NCBI GenBank assembly: GCA_003427395.1
Contig: BFEA01000014.1
Span: forward strand, 4,984,520-5,035,560
DNA: 51,041 nt
Source: Chara braunii
Taxonomy: Eukaryota; Plantae; Charophyceae
Reading direction: 5' to 3'
A program made the position numbers and the translations under genes. The notes beneath the pieces are model-generated. The model did no database searches. It had not been told where the DNA came from and worked only from the letters and a program-made list of their open reading frames with translations. Within the stretch, counting starts at the first letter, position 1. Every line of letters begins with the position of its first letter. This document shows positions 11,113-23,039 of this stretch, piece by piece.

Positions 11113-11751
11113 AAGAGCACTCGGACACAGCACCTAGAATTCTGCAAGATACCGCTGGAATTAGAACTCTAACACGGGACCTCCATACGAAAAGATAGAA
11201 CATGCGGCGAATAGGACTACAGAGCAGGAGGGCAGAGGAAGGTATTTTCCCCGAGGAACCAGGCTTAGAAGGATTGGGATAAATGAACTAGGGTTTAAGG
11301 TGTGGATTAAGGCCCAGACCCAGGACTAGGATAAAAAAGAAAAAAAAGAAAAAAGCCTTAGACCATGAGTAGAAGATGAAGTAGAGGAAGGTATTTCCGC
11401 AATTTAGGAACAGGCTAGACCAGGAGAAACTAAGGTAAAGTGAGGATAGCCCAGGGGTTAGGGTGGCAGAGGGTGGACCAAAGGGAAGGTAGGCTAGGGT
11501 TTAGGGTTCTAGCAGACAGACTAATCAGGGTACAACATCTATAGTTCAAACTTCAAAGTAAGACTAGGATTAGGACTCTATTGAGTCTACTAAAAGGGAG
11601 AGGAGTGAAGCCCAGTAATTAAACAATCCAAGTAATCCTGACAGCCCAGTAGCTGAGAGGAGCAAGTGAGCCCCGTACCTGAATCAGTATCATCGATACA
11701 GACCGAGTGGAACAAGAGCCCCCAGGGCATACCAACCCTAGAGGTTCAGAC

Positions 11752-12061
11752 CAGGGTTGCATCCCTGCCGACCACCGACCGCGACCGCCGACTGTATTCC
11801 AACCGAAGAGTAGGGCCGACCGGTCGACGGTCTGCCGACCAGTCAGGCAACAAAAAAAAACATCCACTGATTTTTTTTCAAATCTGAGTTGGGAGCTGTA
11901 CTTACTGCACTTGCTGAGTACAGCCAAAATCAGCTGAGAAACTTTGAGGATGAGGGGGGGGGAGGTGTATGGGGGGGGTGGGCTTGGAGTATAGGGGGGG
12001 TATAGGGGGGGGATAGGGGGTATTGGGGAGGGTAATCAGGGTGTTGAGGGCGGCTAGGGGG
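11752..12061 (+). mobile_element. hAT-like MITE (TIR CAGGGTTGCA), left part, cut by adapter
   Basis: Homologous to 15743-16040. Confidence 0.75.
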
Positions 12062-12099
12062 CTGTCTCTTATACACATCTAGATGTGTATAAGAGACAG
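12062..12099. other. Nextera mate-pair junction adapter (artefact)
   Basis: Exact 38-bp double mosaic end. Confidence 0.98.
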
Positions 12100-12325
12100 C
12101 AATATGCACAGTGCAGTTTTTTTGCACACTCGTTCAAAAACAGATGTCCGAACCAACCAGGATAACAACCAAAAAAAAAAAAGGATAATATACATAGACA
12201 AATATTATACATATTAGTATTATGGAAAATAATTGTACTGGACTTCGGTTGAATGGCACACACATGCAGCTCTCTTGATAGACAGATCATGAGTTCGGAT
12301 CAAGATGATGCCACCAGAAGGGTAA
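12100..12325 (+). other. Exact copy of 4735-4959 between adapter and N (chimeric read incorporated)
   Basis: Identical sequence and identical spurious ORF (MICLSRELHVC...). Confidence 0.9.
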
Positions 12326-14652
12326 NAATTCGGTGCCTGAACAAACGGTGCTTTGCAAGGTAGTGATTTTTTGTAGAAAACCTTGCTTCTCTCCTTATCA
12401 CTTCCAGTGGTTCTGAAAAAGTACTTTCCTATTCCTTTTTTGCGGTTAATTTACTTCACATAAAATTTTGTTCGTGTAGGAGGCCTGAAAAATGTACTAT
12501 CAGAATCTTTAAAAATTTTCGTGCAAACCTAACAATTTTTTTTGTTAGGTTTTCACGAATACTATGTTGAAGCCTAACATAGTCGTATTCCAGGAACATA
12601 CAATAGCGATCTATGATAAAATAATAACCACAACAACTGAATTTCGATGACTTGCAGCAGAATGAGTGTGACGGTGTGACTCCTATGCAGTTGGGCTTGT
12701 AGTAAATGGTGGCAGTCACAATCAACAACTGATTGAAGGTGTAGTGACTTAAGCACTATTACCCATAAAATCGAGAAAGAGCTCTTAATCTGTCAATCCT
12801 TGCTATGTCTTGACCTGGTGAGCGTGAGCATCCCCTGCAGTAATTTGAGTTAACCATCGGCCTGGACCAATGTTTGAACTGTACCAGCGGCTTCCTTTGC
12901 TTCGCGGTCGCGGGTGCAGAAAAAGATGAGCGTAACAGCACAAAACCACAACTTACGCTGTGAAGATGGCCGCGGTGATAAAATACATCGTTGACACAAA
13001 CCTCATAATGATAAGGGTCGTGTCAGCGAACAGCGACACTAAGGATTTTACCACGACGACGACCTTAAGAACATGAATGATCTAACACTTATAACAGACA
13101 CAGTCCAACACTCATCAATGCGAAAAATGAGCATGAATCTTTCGGTAGAGTATGAAAAAAATAAATCTGTTGTCATTTCCACAACTCTTTTCTCCCATGC
13201 AGCCTTCGTCACGTGGGTGTATCTACGACTCATAATTATGTAGCCGGGGCCTGCGCCTCAGAGTGAGTGCCATCATGGGCCAGGTCTTTCATTGATCTCT
13301 CTTTATTACGCTCCCCCTTTCCTCGTTATCTTGTCTTCTACTCTTCTGTTAAATCCCCACATACTGCTTCCCCTCTTTCTTTCGCCAGCACATGGTCGAA
13401 TTAGCGACCAGGTTGACACAGTCGAAAATCCCACACGACGATCACACCACGACGAGGAACTTATCGATCAACATGATTGTGAATAGCCCGATCACAGCAA
13501 CCATCAACACTACGAGGCGACCCCGAAGATGAGCATCATTTGAACGAAGATGATAACCACAACTACTACGACGTACACAATGACGAAGAACAATTCCACC
13601 AACTAGGCGAAGAATACTAATTGCACCCCTCTTTCTCTCTCTGTCGTACATAGCCAACTTCTTTAACCGGGTTCATACGGTCTCGAATAGGCGAAGTGGG
13701 TAGTTAACTTCGGATGCACGGACCTCCACCGTGACGAGCAACATGAGCGACATCGAGCATCACGAGGAAGATGGCCAATGTAGCAACCACAACAAACAAA
13801 CGGGCAATGTGGTCACGTATTGGAAAGCGGTCACCATAAAAAGCAGCGATCGACCCGGCCGAGAACTCCCCAATGAAGACAACCACGAGCATAAAGACGA
13901 TTAGGCGGCCCCGCTCCTCTACTCACCAAATGTGCAAAATGAGAACGAATCTTCCATTGGAACATGGGAAATACATCACCATATCCAAATCCTATGCTGC
14001 GCGCAACCTCTGACCTTTAGACCGCCGAAATCATACTCCTATCTCAAAATCCGACGACACCATCAGGTTTGCAGCGGTCGAAAACTCCCATCTCACCTTT
14101 CACCTTGCTCAATTTTGCAAAGGAACAAGCGAGATCCATACTTTCTCCTCCCTCTCATTCTTACTGCGCAACCTTTCTTTTTTGCCCCCTTAACCTTCCC
14201 TCTAACAACGAAACTAACCATACAAACGAGGTCGCCACCCCTCAAAACCTCCAACTAGGACTTTAATCCGCCCAAATCCATCAAAGAAGGGGCGCAAAAA
14301 ACGTTTTCCCCTTCTACCATATTCGTTTTCATCGTATTCGTCATCTCCCTTGCCCTCTTTCTGTTTATTTCTGTTGATGTCAACTCTACTTCCCCATGTC
14401 CTTTCTCTTCTGCCCCACTAACCTGGTCGAGCTAATTGAAGTGTAGGCAGGGAAAAACAACTCATCTACTATGGGGCCACACATTGTCAACCTTTGTGGT
14501 TGCGCCCGAATCAACCCTTCACATGGGAGCAAGCCTTCACGTTATCCTATGCTTAAATTAATCTGCATTTAATCGGGTGCGAGATTCATAGTAGAACTAA
14601 AACCGTGGCCTACATAACCTCCTCTGCACTAGAGGGACCACGTTGCGGGTCA

Positions 14653-14700
14653 CGGCCTCAGGATATCATCACCGGACTGACCAACTGAAGGTAATTCCGA
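14653..14700 (-). mobile_element. Degenerate SINE 3' end (family S)
   Basis: cggcctcaggatatcatcaccggactgacc resembles 46557-46600. Confidence 0.5.
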
Positions 14701-15742
14701 ATTGCGGTATTTTACTCATCCCTTCTTCCAATGGATATTGAACTGAGGTCTGTATTTTAACAGATAAAGGGTGTACGAACTGAGCTAGGCCCATTGGTCT
14801 CATGACCAGCTTCGGAACCAACACTAGTAGCGGTCCCCCCCCCAAAAAAAAAACGAGACTTCAAATAAAATAAAAATAAAGATAATAAAAAGAAAAAAAC
14901 AGAACTTTAGACGGGGAAAGAGGGACTGCTGACATCTAACTGTCCCATCCGTCGGTCCTGGATTTTGGGCCGACAACAAACACTAAAAGGGATAGTTCTG
15001 TGGTGGCCGTCAACCCCTCGGCTTCCTTCAAGCTGCTTCGTATATGCTCCGTCGCCAATCACTGGCCTCGATCCACGTATTTCCAACCGTAACCAACAGT
15101 ACTAGGCCCAAGGCTAACACTAGCAGACACACAAATCCATATAAACGGGTGTCACACGACGTGTGGGCCTACAAAAACACTTCAAAGCCACACCTTTGGC
15201 CTATAACTCAACCCACAACCGACAAGCTCCTGCATTCGCCACACGAAGGGCCTGGTCCCTCTCATAACCATCGTGCACACACCCGTCGCACCAAGTCATG
15301 TCGCCTGCGCTGGTTCCCAAAGTACGAAAGTTTATGCACATCAGAAGCCCGAAACCACTTCAATTGAAACAATGGTAAATTTCTTTAAAATCGGTGCCGA
15401 TAGTCCAACTTTTAGCGCCGATCTCATCGGATGCCCACCTCTGCACTTGCGCGCGCGTTAGTCAAACATACCGACCAAAAGAAAAGATCACTTTGTCCTA
15501 ATTTAATCGAGACAAAAAGGTTGACCGACACCTGTGCCGACTCTAGAACATCAACAAAGTAAAAATCACACGCGCCTAAAAAAAATGCGCACCCACACAC
15601 TTCCCATTCTTCCTCTTAACACACAATCGGTTGCAAGAAGAAGAAGAAGAAAAATTTGGCGGCGACTCGCACGGCGCACATAATTTTTATTTCAAACCTC
15701 ATTTCTGTCACTTGTAAAAACCAGGGCGGATACCGTTGTAAG

Positions 15743-16231
15743 CAGGGTTGCACCACTGCCGACTGCTGACCCCGAGCGCCGACCGTGTTGCAGCCGACCA
15801 GTAAGGCCGACCGGTCGGTGGTCTGCCGACCAGTCAGAAAACAACCATCCACTGATTTTTTTTCAAATCTGAGTTGGGGGCTGTACTGCGCTTGCTGAGT
15901 ACAACCCAAAGCCGCTGAGGAACTTTTGGGGATTGGGGGGGTTTATGGGGGGGGTGGGGTTGGGGTATAGGGGGGGTATAGGGGGGGTATAGGGGGTATT
16001 GGGGAGGGTAATCAGGGTGTTGAGGGCGGCTAGGGGGTGTTGGGGGCGGGTATGGGGGTGTTGGTGGTGTTATTAGGGGTTCTGAACCTCCAAAAACAAT
16101 AAAAATTATTCTATTTTATTTTTTTGCGGGGTGCCGACGACCAACGACCGGTAGGTGCCGACCAGCCGATCGGTCGGCGGGTCGACAGCCAACCAGTCGA
16201 GGGCCGCCGGCCGTCAGGGGGTGCAACCCTG
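15743..16231 (+). mobile_element. hAT-like MITE with CAGGGTTGCA...TGCAACCCTG TIRs, ccgac subterminal repeats and G-rich core
   Basis: TIRs seen directly; 8-bp flanks (gttgtaag / gtttagac) do not match each other. Confidence 0.78.
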
Positions 16232-17510
16232 GTTTAGACAGGAAAAGCCGAGGTAAAGGATTGAGAGCAAAAGAGACCAGGAATAAGGTAGACGCTCGTT
16301 ATGAAGTACAGCACGAGGCTAACTTAGGCAGGGGTGAGGGGTTGGTACATCCTTCCCAACGGAAGTAATCAATGCCGTCCACTCGGACCTCTCAACTATA
16401 ACAGGGAGGAGCATGTGTGTGTGGGTGCCAATTGTATTCCTTCATGACGTGCCGCTGCAATAGGATCCGGACCGATGCTCCCCAGAATGGACATGGAGCC
16501 AGAACCGCACGGTTCTTTTTTTTTTTTTTGGTTTTTGGAGAAAGTCTACGGAGCAGCAGGGAAAGGGAAAAGGAGATAGTCTCAAGGGATGGGTCCACCG
16601 GCATATTTTGCAACCGGTAGTACGCTTCCATTCAAAACATCGATAGGAGCAGGTAAGTCACAGGCAAGGCAAGGGGGCGGGAAGTTCTGTTCGGACAAGG
16701 AACTTGGGAATGTCATCAAAGTCCCCTCCCTTCTCTTCCGGAGAACACCACTCAACTTTTTTTTTTTCCTGTTATTTTACAGAAGATTCAGCGTCGTATG
16801 CTAAAGGGGCTGATATGAGCATCTTCCTCTAGTAGCAGTCCACAAACTGCTAATAATACTATCTATTCCCTCATTATCACTACACTATTTATCTCCCACT
16901 ATTACTTCCCACACCCAACACATCATTTGGAACTTTTTCAGCTACGTGAGGGCACGGGGAGTGAATTACGATCGGGAAGGAGCCGCGAACATAGACATTG
17001 CTATACCACCTCGGGAGGTCCCTCAGGTCCCTCAGGACCTTGACGAGGACTAAGCAGTATATGGCTGCCTGTCTTTTGTGTCTTTGTTCGTTGGCATGAT
17101 TGCAGGTTGAATGAAGCCTCTGACGAGCCGGTTTAGTAGCAGCGGCGAAAGTTTTAGGGGAGCCGCACACACCTTCCTGGACGCGCGCACGACAGAGATG
17201 GACGAGCTCTCCTACACCATGTTCGCGAACGAGCCAGTTGGTGCTTGATCGTCCCCAGCCAGTGGGATTACATGTTCAAGGAGAACCTGATGTCAGTGGG
17301 CAGGACGATGAAGGTGATGCATGGCGGGGAGGGCAAGCAGGGGGGAATGAGATATGCGATACGATCAAATGGAGGAGTAAGGGGAGGAGGGAGAATTAGC
17401 GGAGCATCTGGTCCAAAGGCAGGGAAGTAGAGGAACGGGGATTATGACCTACATGGGGATATATGATCGAGGAAGGCATCGGGACAGGCGGCAAGGTGTT
17501 TGAATGGTAT

Positions 17511-17541
<31 letters not shown>

Positions 17542-17708
17542 TGTTTGAATAGTAAGGGAGCTGGCGATATGTTGCATGGAGAGGACGCTAACTTCTCCTC
17601 TTTCCTATAATGTCAATGGAGTTTTACGCGGAAAAACTCGTTTTGAAAGGATTTCACAGTCATTCGCTCTGGTCCCAGTCCCAGTTCCATTTCCAGTCCC
17701 AAGTGCTA

Positions 17709-18148
17709 GTTTCAGTCCTAGATCTGGTCCCTTGTACCATACTTCCATGCCCCAGATCAGGGGCCAATGCCAGAAGGACAATAAGCCCTCATAGGTAGGC
17801 TCCGGTAGGTACCAGTAGCCGTAGAAAAGCGGGTAGAAGTCGGTAGGCTTTTCGATCAGGTGGTCCAGTCAGCAGCAAAGCCCCAGGAAAGTCAGGAATC
17901 TTGTGGAAGCAACAAGCATCGACGAGCGGTTTCAGTCCTAGATCTGGTCCCTTGTACCATACTTCCATGCCCCAGATCAGGGGCCAATGCCAGAAGGACA
18001 ATACGCCGTCATAGGTAGGCTCCGGTAGGTACCAGTAGCCGTAGAAAAGCGGGTAGAAGTCGGCAAGCTTTTCGGTCAGGTGGTCCAGTCAGCAGCAAAG
18101 CCCTAGGAAAGTCAGGAATCTTCCGGAAGCAACAAACATCGACGAGCG
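17709..18148. repeat. Tandem duplication, 2 x 220 bp
   Basis: gtttcagtcctagatctggtccc...catcgacgagcg repeated near-identically. Confidence 0.9.
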
Positions 18149-19340
18149 GTCCATCCCATAACCCGTAAAGAAAGTCCGGAAGTGAAACGTCAGATAGAAA
18201 AGTCCAGTTGTTGAGGTTGTCAACACATATATTCACTTGTGTGGCCAGGGGGAACCGCCGCTGCGAACATGAAGCTGAGGGTAGAGGCAGAGAGAGAAAG
18301 AGCAACCATACCTGACATTGGCGTGAACTGGCTGGTGACCAGAGCCGCCCAGTGTGTGAAAAAAAGACGATTTTGTGAATTTGAGGTGATCCGCAAAGAC
18401 AATCTTTCACTTCGTATCTCATGACATTGTGTGCTTCTTGCATGCGCACTTCGCTGTGAGATAGGTGTGAATCCTGTCGCGCACGGTTTGTATCGGTTCT
18501 GTTCTCTCTCTCTGGGCTTTATTTGTCTTCTCTCACCACAGTCCTCTCGCTCACATCATATCGTTGATTACCTGCTGAATGATTGAACACGTCCGGGACG
18601 AAACTCGAAAGTATCCTCCACCTCGACCACCTGTCACCAAATTTTGTGCAAGCATGGTCCAGTATTCGACCAGGACCAAGGAACTGTCAGGCGGAATCGG
18701 ACTTATCCTTCAAACTGATACTAGACTACCTGTTTTCCTGCTCGATGGCAGTTATGCTACACCAACTTTGCGAATGGCTCGATGCTTTAGATTGCTATGT
18801 AGTCGTTCTCTCTGGATGATTTGGACTGCTACATAGTTGTTCTCACTGGATGCTTTGGATTGCTACGTAATCGTTCTAGCTGGTGTAAAACAATGTCTAG
18901 GCTACACCAGTGTAATCAGTGGCACTTGACTCATTTATCTATTATCTTTCTTTCTTTTTTTTTTCTTTTTTTCTTTCTTTTTTCCTTTATTTCTTTCTTT
19001 TACCATGCTCTTTCACCATGCATGGTGAAAGGAAGAAAGAAAGAATAATCACAGCGGATAGTATGAACTGTGAGTAGTTGGAAATGGAATTTGTGACTCT
19101 TACCGACTACTAATCGACAGAGCGCACAATCCGATGATCAACCACACGAGACGACACACGGCTTCCTTGGAAACTGCCGTCTCCATGTTCGGTACGCGTT
19201 TTCAACACGCATATTGAGAAAGGATGCCTCCTCTGATTCTCACCATTCTGGAGTGCCTACCCTAAAGCACAGCACCTAGACTTCTAAACCAGCTTGATGA
19301 TCGCTGGTTGGAATCACCATATCGGATTGCCAATTAGTTG

Positions 19341-19446
19341 GTCCCATTGGTGTAGCCTAGACAGTCGGAAGGACACCCGTAAAAATAGGAACGATACACA
19401 GAACACTAGCATGGCTCCTGCACAAGGATGACATGCAAAAATCGAA
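19341..19446 (+). pseudogene. U6 snRNA-derived sequence (near full-length, diverged)
   Basis: ggacacccgtaaaaataggaacgatacacagaacactagcatggctcctgcacaaggatgacatgcaaaaatcga aligns to plant U6; gtccc at 19341 may be the 5' stem; no oligo-T terminator at the expected place. Confidence 0.85.
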
Positions 19447-20137
19447 ATATCTTCGTTCTGCTGCTCTTTTCACCATTTGCATGAGAGAGCATATGTTTTC
19501 ACCCAATTATCTAAAGGATCACACAATAGAACAACAATCCACTAAAGACGTGAACTCTCCCACATGAAAAGGGATTCGACTTTTTTCGTACTAGGTGCAT
19601 CAGGTGCATCACTAAAGGGATGGGACATTAGCTTGATGGTTTTTTTTTATAAATATGGGGAACGCCTGCGCTGACGTCGATCATCTCTAACTTGCAAAAC
19701 AATCAGTGAGTATGACCCAATGATAACCGAGACAAAAGTCTTCGCAATCAAAGCGCGGGGAAACCTCGTGTTCCCACCAATCACTCGGGAGCCACGTATT
19801 TCATTACCTGTAGTGGTCTTTTTTCTTTTTTTTTTGGTTGTATGTTTCCTTGTTTCCTTTTGTTTTCTGTCTTTTGTAGAGACCTTAACAGTCACCTCTT
19901 TCAATCCTTCCAAACAGTACCTTTGTCACAGTCACTCACTTCCTTCAAACAGGGTCTGTAATAGTCACTCTTCTTATTAGCCCTGTGTCCTGAGACTTCC
20001 CGGCCTTCGGTGCCCCTCACGCACCCACTCATCCGCCCAAGCCTTCATCCCTACCACCCACCCCTACTCGTCCACCTGCTGACCCATAAGGGAGTCTGCA
20101 TCTACGCGTGTGACAGGCAACATCAGGCATGCTCCAC

Positions 20138-20140
<3 letters not shown>

Positions 20141-20194
<54 letters not shown>

Positions 20195-20448
20195 CGCGCG
20201 CGCGCGTGCGAGCGCTCTCGCTGTGTGTGTGTGTCTGTGTGTGTCTGTGTGTGTCTGTGTGTGTGTGTGTGTGTGTTTTAGATTTTCCCCACAACAGCCC
20301 CAATTCCACCCAGATGAATAGATTCAGAATCAAAGCAGTCTTTGTCCTATTGCAGACCACGAGAGCACTTGAGATGTCCAACATATTAAAGCAATTTTAT
20401 AATTAGACAGTGTGTGTGTGCGTGTGTGTCATCATACTCACTATACAC

Positions 20449-20525
<77 letters not shown>

Positions 20526-20530
20526 CGTCA
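20141..20530. repeat. (CT)n/(CG)n/(GT)n microsatellite cluster
   Basis: Direct observation. Confidence 0.9.
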
Positions 20531-20573
20531 TCATACTCACTATACACAACTCCACGAAGAAAAGCATGACTGC

Positions 20574-20634
20574 GACAGACTGTTTCATCGGACTTTGACC
20601 GACTCACCAGGGGGTTGAACCCCGACAGTCCGCC
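20574..20634 (-). ncRNA. Complete type III hammerhead ribozyme fold with A6G and C11.1U changes
   Basis: Minus strand: GGCGGACTGTC | GGGG-TTCAA-CCCC | CTGGTGA | GTCGG-TCAAAGT-CCGAT | GAA | ACAGTCTGTC; stem III 10 bp with 2 G.U pairs. Confidence 0.85.
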
Positions 20635-21589
20635 CAGGATGCATTTGACCGATAGATAAGGAGTATCAAGGAGTCACATCGCCCAGAGTTAGCGATACCC
20701 ATCCCTGAGAGAGAGGTGGTCGACTTCACTCACACCAACCCTGCAACCCTAGCAGACTGTGTGGGTGTGTGTTGCTTTTCCACACATGCTGCTTCACAGG
20801 TAAAGACACCTGATGTGCGCCCTCCATCCCTCCCTCTCTTCTCCATTCCGATCCCTCGTTTTCTCCATAACCACTTCGAACTACTTCTGACCCCATCACA
20901 ACCGACTTGCTAAAGGGCATTGACGTCCTTCATTGGCCTCCTTCATCCAATTGTGATCAGATGAACGAGCCCTTATACGTGATCAGATGAACGAGCCCTT
21001 GTACGTCTTCGCAAGGGGGAGAAGAGAAGGGGAGAAGGGGGGAAAGGTAGAAGGGTAGGGGAGGCAGTGGCGAGAGGGAGAAGGGGGAAGGGGGAAGGGG
21101 GAAGGGGGGGGGGGGAAGGGGGATGGGGTGGCCGGGACGCTGGCAACGAGACCAGGCCAAGGGAGGCACACACCGCAGAGGCCGAAGGAGGCTACGGCTA
21201 TGGTGAGCGTTGCCAAGTAGAGTGACGGTGTGTACTGCTGCTCTTAATCGTATTTTTCTTTTTGATTGTGCAAATTTGCATCTTTTTTTCCCATCCATCT
21301 ACAAAAGACAGCAAGGTCAGATGTTACTCACAAACATGATCACCTCCATGTCCGTTCAGGGAAGTAATCAGTTGCTGAGCTTGCGAAGTCTTTTTTTTCT
21401 TCCCCTTTTTGTTTTTAACGCGGGCCATTTCTCGATCTGTGGTGGTAAAGTCATTTTCGATTTTTTCATTTTTAAAAAATATTGATCATTTCTCGATTTA
21501 TGCGTGTCAGCCCTGCACAGGGGCCATGGTACTGCTAATCTTCTCTCTATCACTCCAATTTCAATGGATGTGCCCGAGGGCTTTGTCCA

Positions 21590-21650
21590 TATTATTTTTG
21601 AAAGGGAGACGTCTTGAGGTGTCATCACCGAACTGAAACTGACCGCATCG
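21590..21650 (-). mobile_element. SINE family S 3' end
   Basis: Minus: cagttcggtgatgacacctcaagacgtctccctttcaaaaataat. Confidence 0.55.
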
Positions 21651-21709
21651 CCCCGGGTACTTCAGAATGATTTTACTCTGTTCATCCGATTGCATCAGGA
21701 TTTGAACTA

Positions 21710-21814
21710 CCTTCTTCCCCCGAATACAACGTACGGTCATTATAGCTGTATTTGGGCTATCTTTCAGTCTACATACAGCTATAATGACCGTACGTTGTAT
21801 TGGGGGGAAGAACG
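21710..21814. mobile_element. 105-bp MITE family T
   Basis: TA-ccttcttcccccgaatacaacgtacggtcattatagctgtat...atacagctataatgaccgtacgttgtattggggggaagaacg-TA; long near-perfect hairpin. Confidence 0.85.
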
Positions 21815-22379
21815 TAGGGTCTGTTTATCAACAATTCATGGGTGTACCAACTAAGCTGGGCTCGCTGGTGGGCTTTCCAATTTCCAATTTTAGTCAGCGT
21901 GTTTGAAGGCAATTGGCCATTGCTTGTCACAGGTCCTCTGGGCCTCTCCCTCGCCATCTTCTAAACGCTGCCTCCTCTTCTTTTCTGCTCAAGGTCACCC
22001 CTACCCTGAGCAAACTCTCCGACTCCCCCCTTTCGTCTCCGAGATTCTCCTTCCCTCTCAACTCCCTCTCCCCCCGTTTCCCTTAATTACCCCTCTCTAC
22101 CCCTCCCAGACTCGACTCCTTCACCCCCCCTTCTTCCTACCGCCTCCCCCCCCTTCTCTCTCTTAACAGCAGCCCACTTCTCAACTCCTCTCTCCTTATC
22201 TCTTAACAGCAGCCCACTTCTCAACTCCTCCTCCCTCCTTATCTCCTCCAACCCTTTCCATCGAGATCCCTACCGATCTTACCCCAACATCCTGACTTCT
22301 TAAGCCCAATCCGCACTGCGCGCCAAGCTGCACGACGACTCCATTCTCCCCCCCCCCCCAAAAAAAAAACGAGCAACTA

Positions 22380-22594
22380 CCGTCTTCACCCGAATAGGCA
22401 CAACAGCGATAATGGGCCTCGATCCGCTACACAGAGTACTGAATGTACCTGAACCTGTAAGAGGTCCGGTGCATTCAACATGTTCTATCAGTCCTAATGC
22501 ATCTGGTCTACTTTCCAGTTCAAACACTTTTCGAACGTTGAGTACTGGAGCGAAACCCAATGACCGGGCGGGCGTTCTGTTCGGGTGAAGACAG
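22380..22594. mobile_element. MITE family T containing a nested Harbinger-like MITE (22414-22558, TSD AAT)
   Basis: Outer ccgtcttcacccgaa...ttcgggtgaagacag; inner gggcctcgatcc...ggagcgaaaccc flanked by aat/aat. Confidence 0.72.
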
Positions 22595-22953
22595 CAAGAG
22601 CGATTTTTTTTTTTTTAAGCTGCAGTTTTATTATATGAACGGCAGGGGCGAATTACATCTCTCTTCCACTGCAAAATTTGGAAAAAGACGCTGCTAACCT
22701 TGTTAGAATGAACTTGGGAGGGACGTGTAACGGGACGTCAGGATTGTAGGGTGCGCTCTGACAACGGCTGGATATCTCTTCCGCTGCAAAATTTGGAAAA
22801 AGACGCCACTAACTTTGTTCGACTGAACTCGGCGTTGGGAAGGCCAGGTGTGTGCTGTGTACCGGGACTACGAGTTCATCCAGGTACACTCTGACAAGGG
22901 TTGGACTGAAAGCTCCATAGAATCCGATATCATCCTCCTCCTGGAAAGGTCTC

Positions 22954-23039
22954 CCAACAACTAATCAACCAGTCGCGATCGGGATCATCCGGCAAACCAA
23001 TCAACCAATCCAGATCGGGACTGGTTGATTAGTTGTTGG
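22954..23039. repeat. Inverted repeat (hairpin MITE-like)
   Basis: ccaacaactaatcaaccagtc...gactggttgattagttgttgg. Confidence 0.7.

Noticed and set aside
11288-11508. Interstitial telomeric TTTAGGG repeats
   Set aside because: Only one or two scattered units
20611-20623. GGTTCAACCC as a tRNA B-box on the minus strand
   Set aside because: No A-box or cloverleaf; better explained as hammerhead stem-loop I
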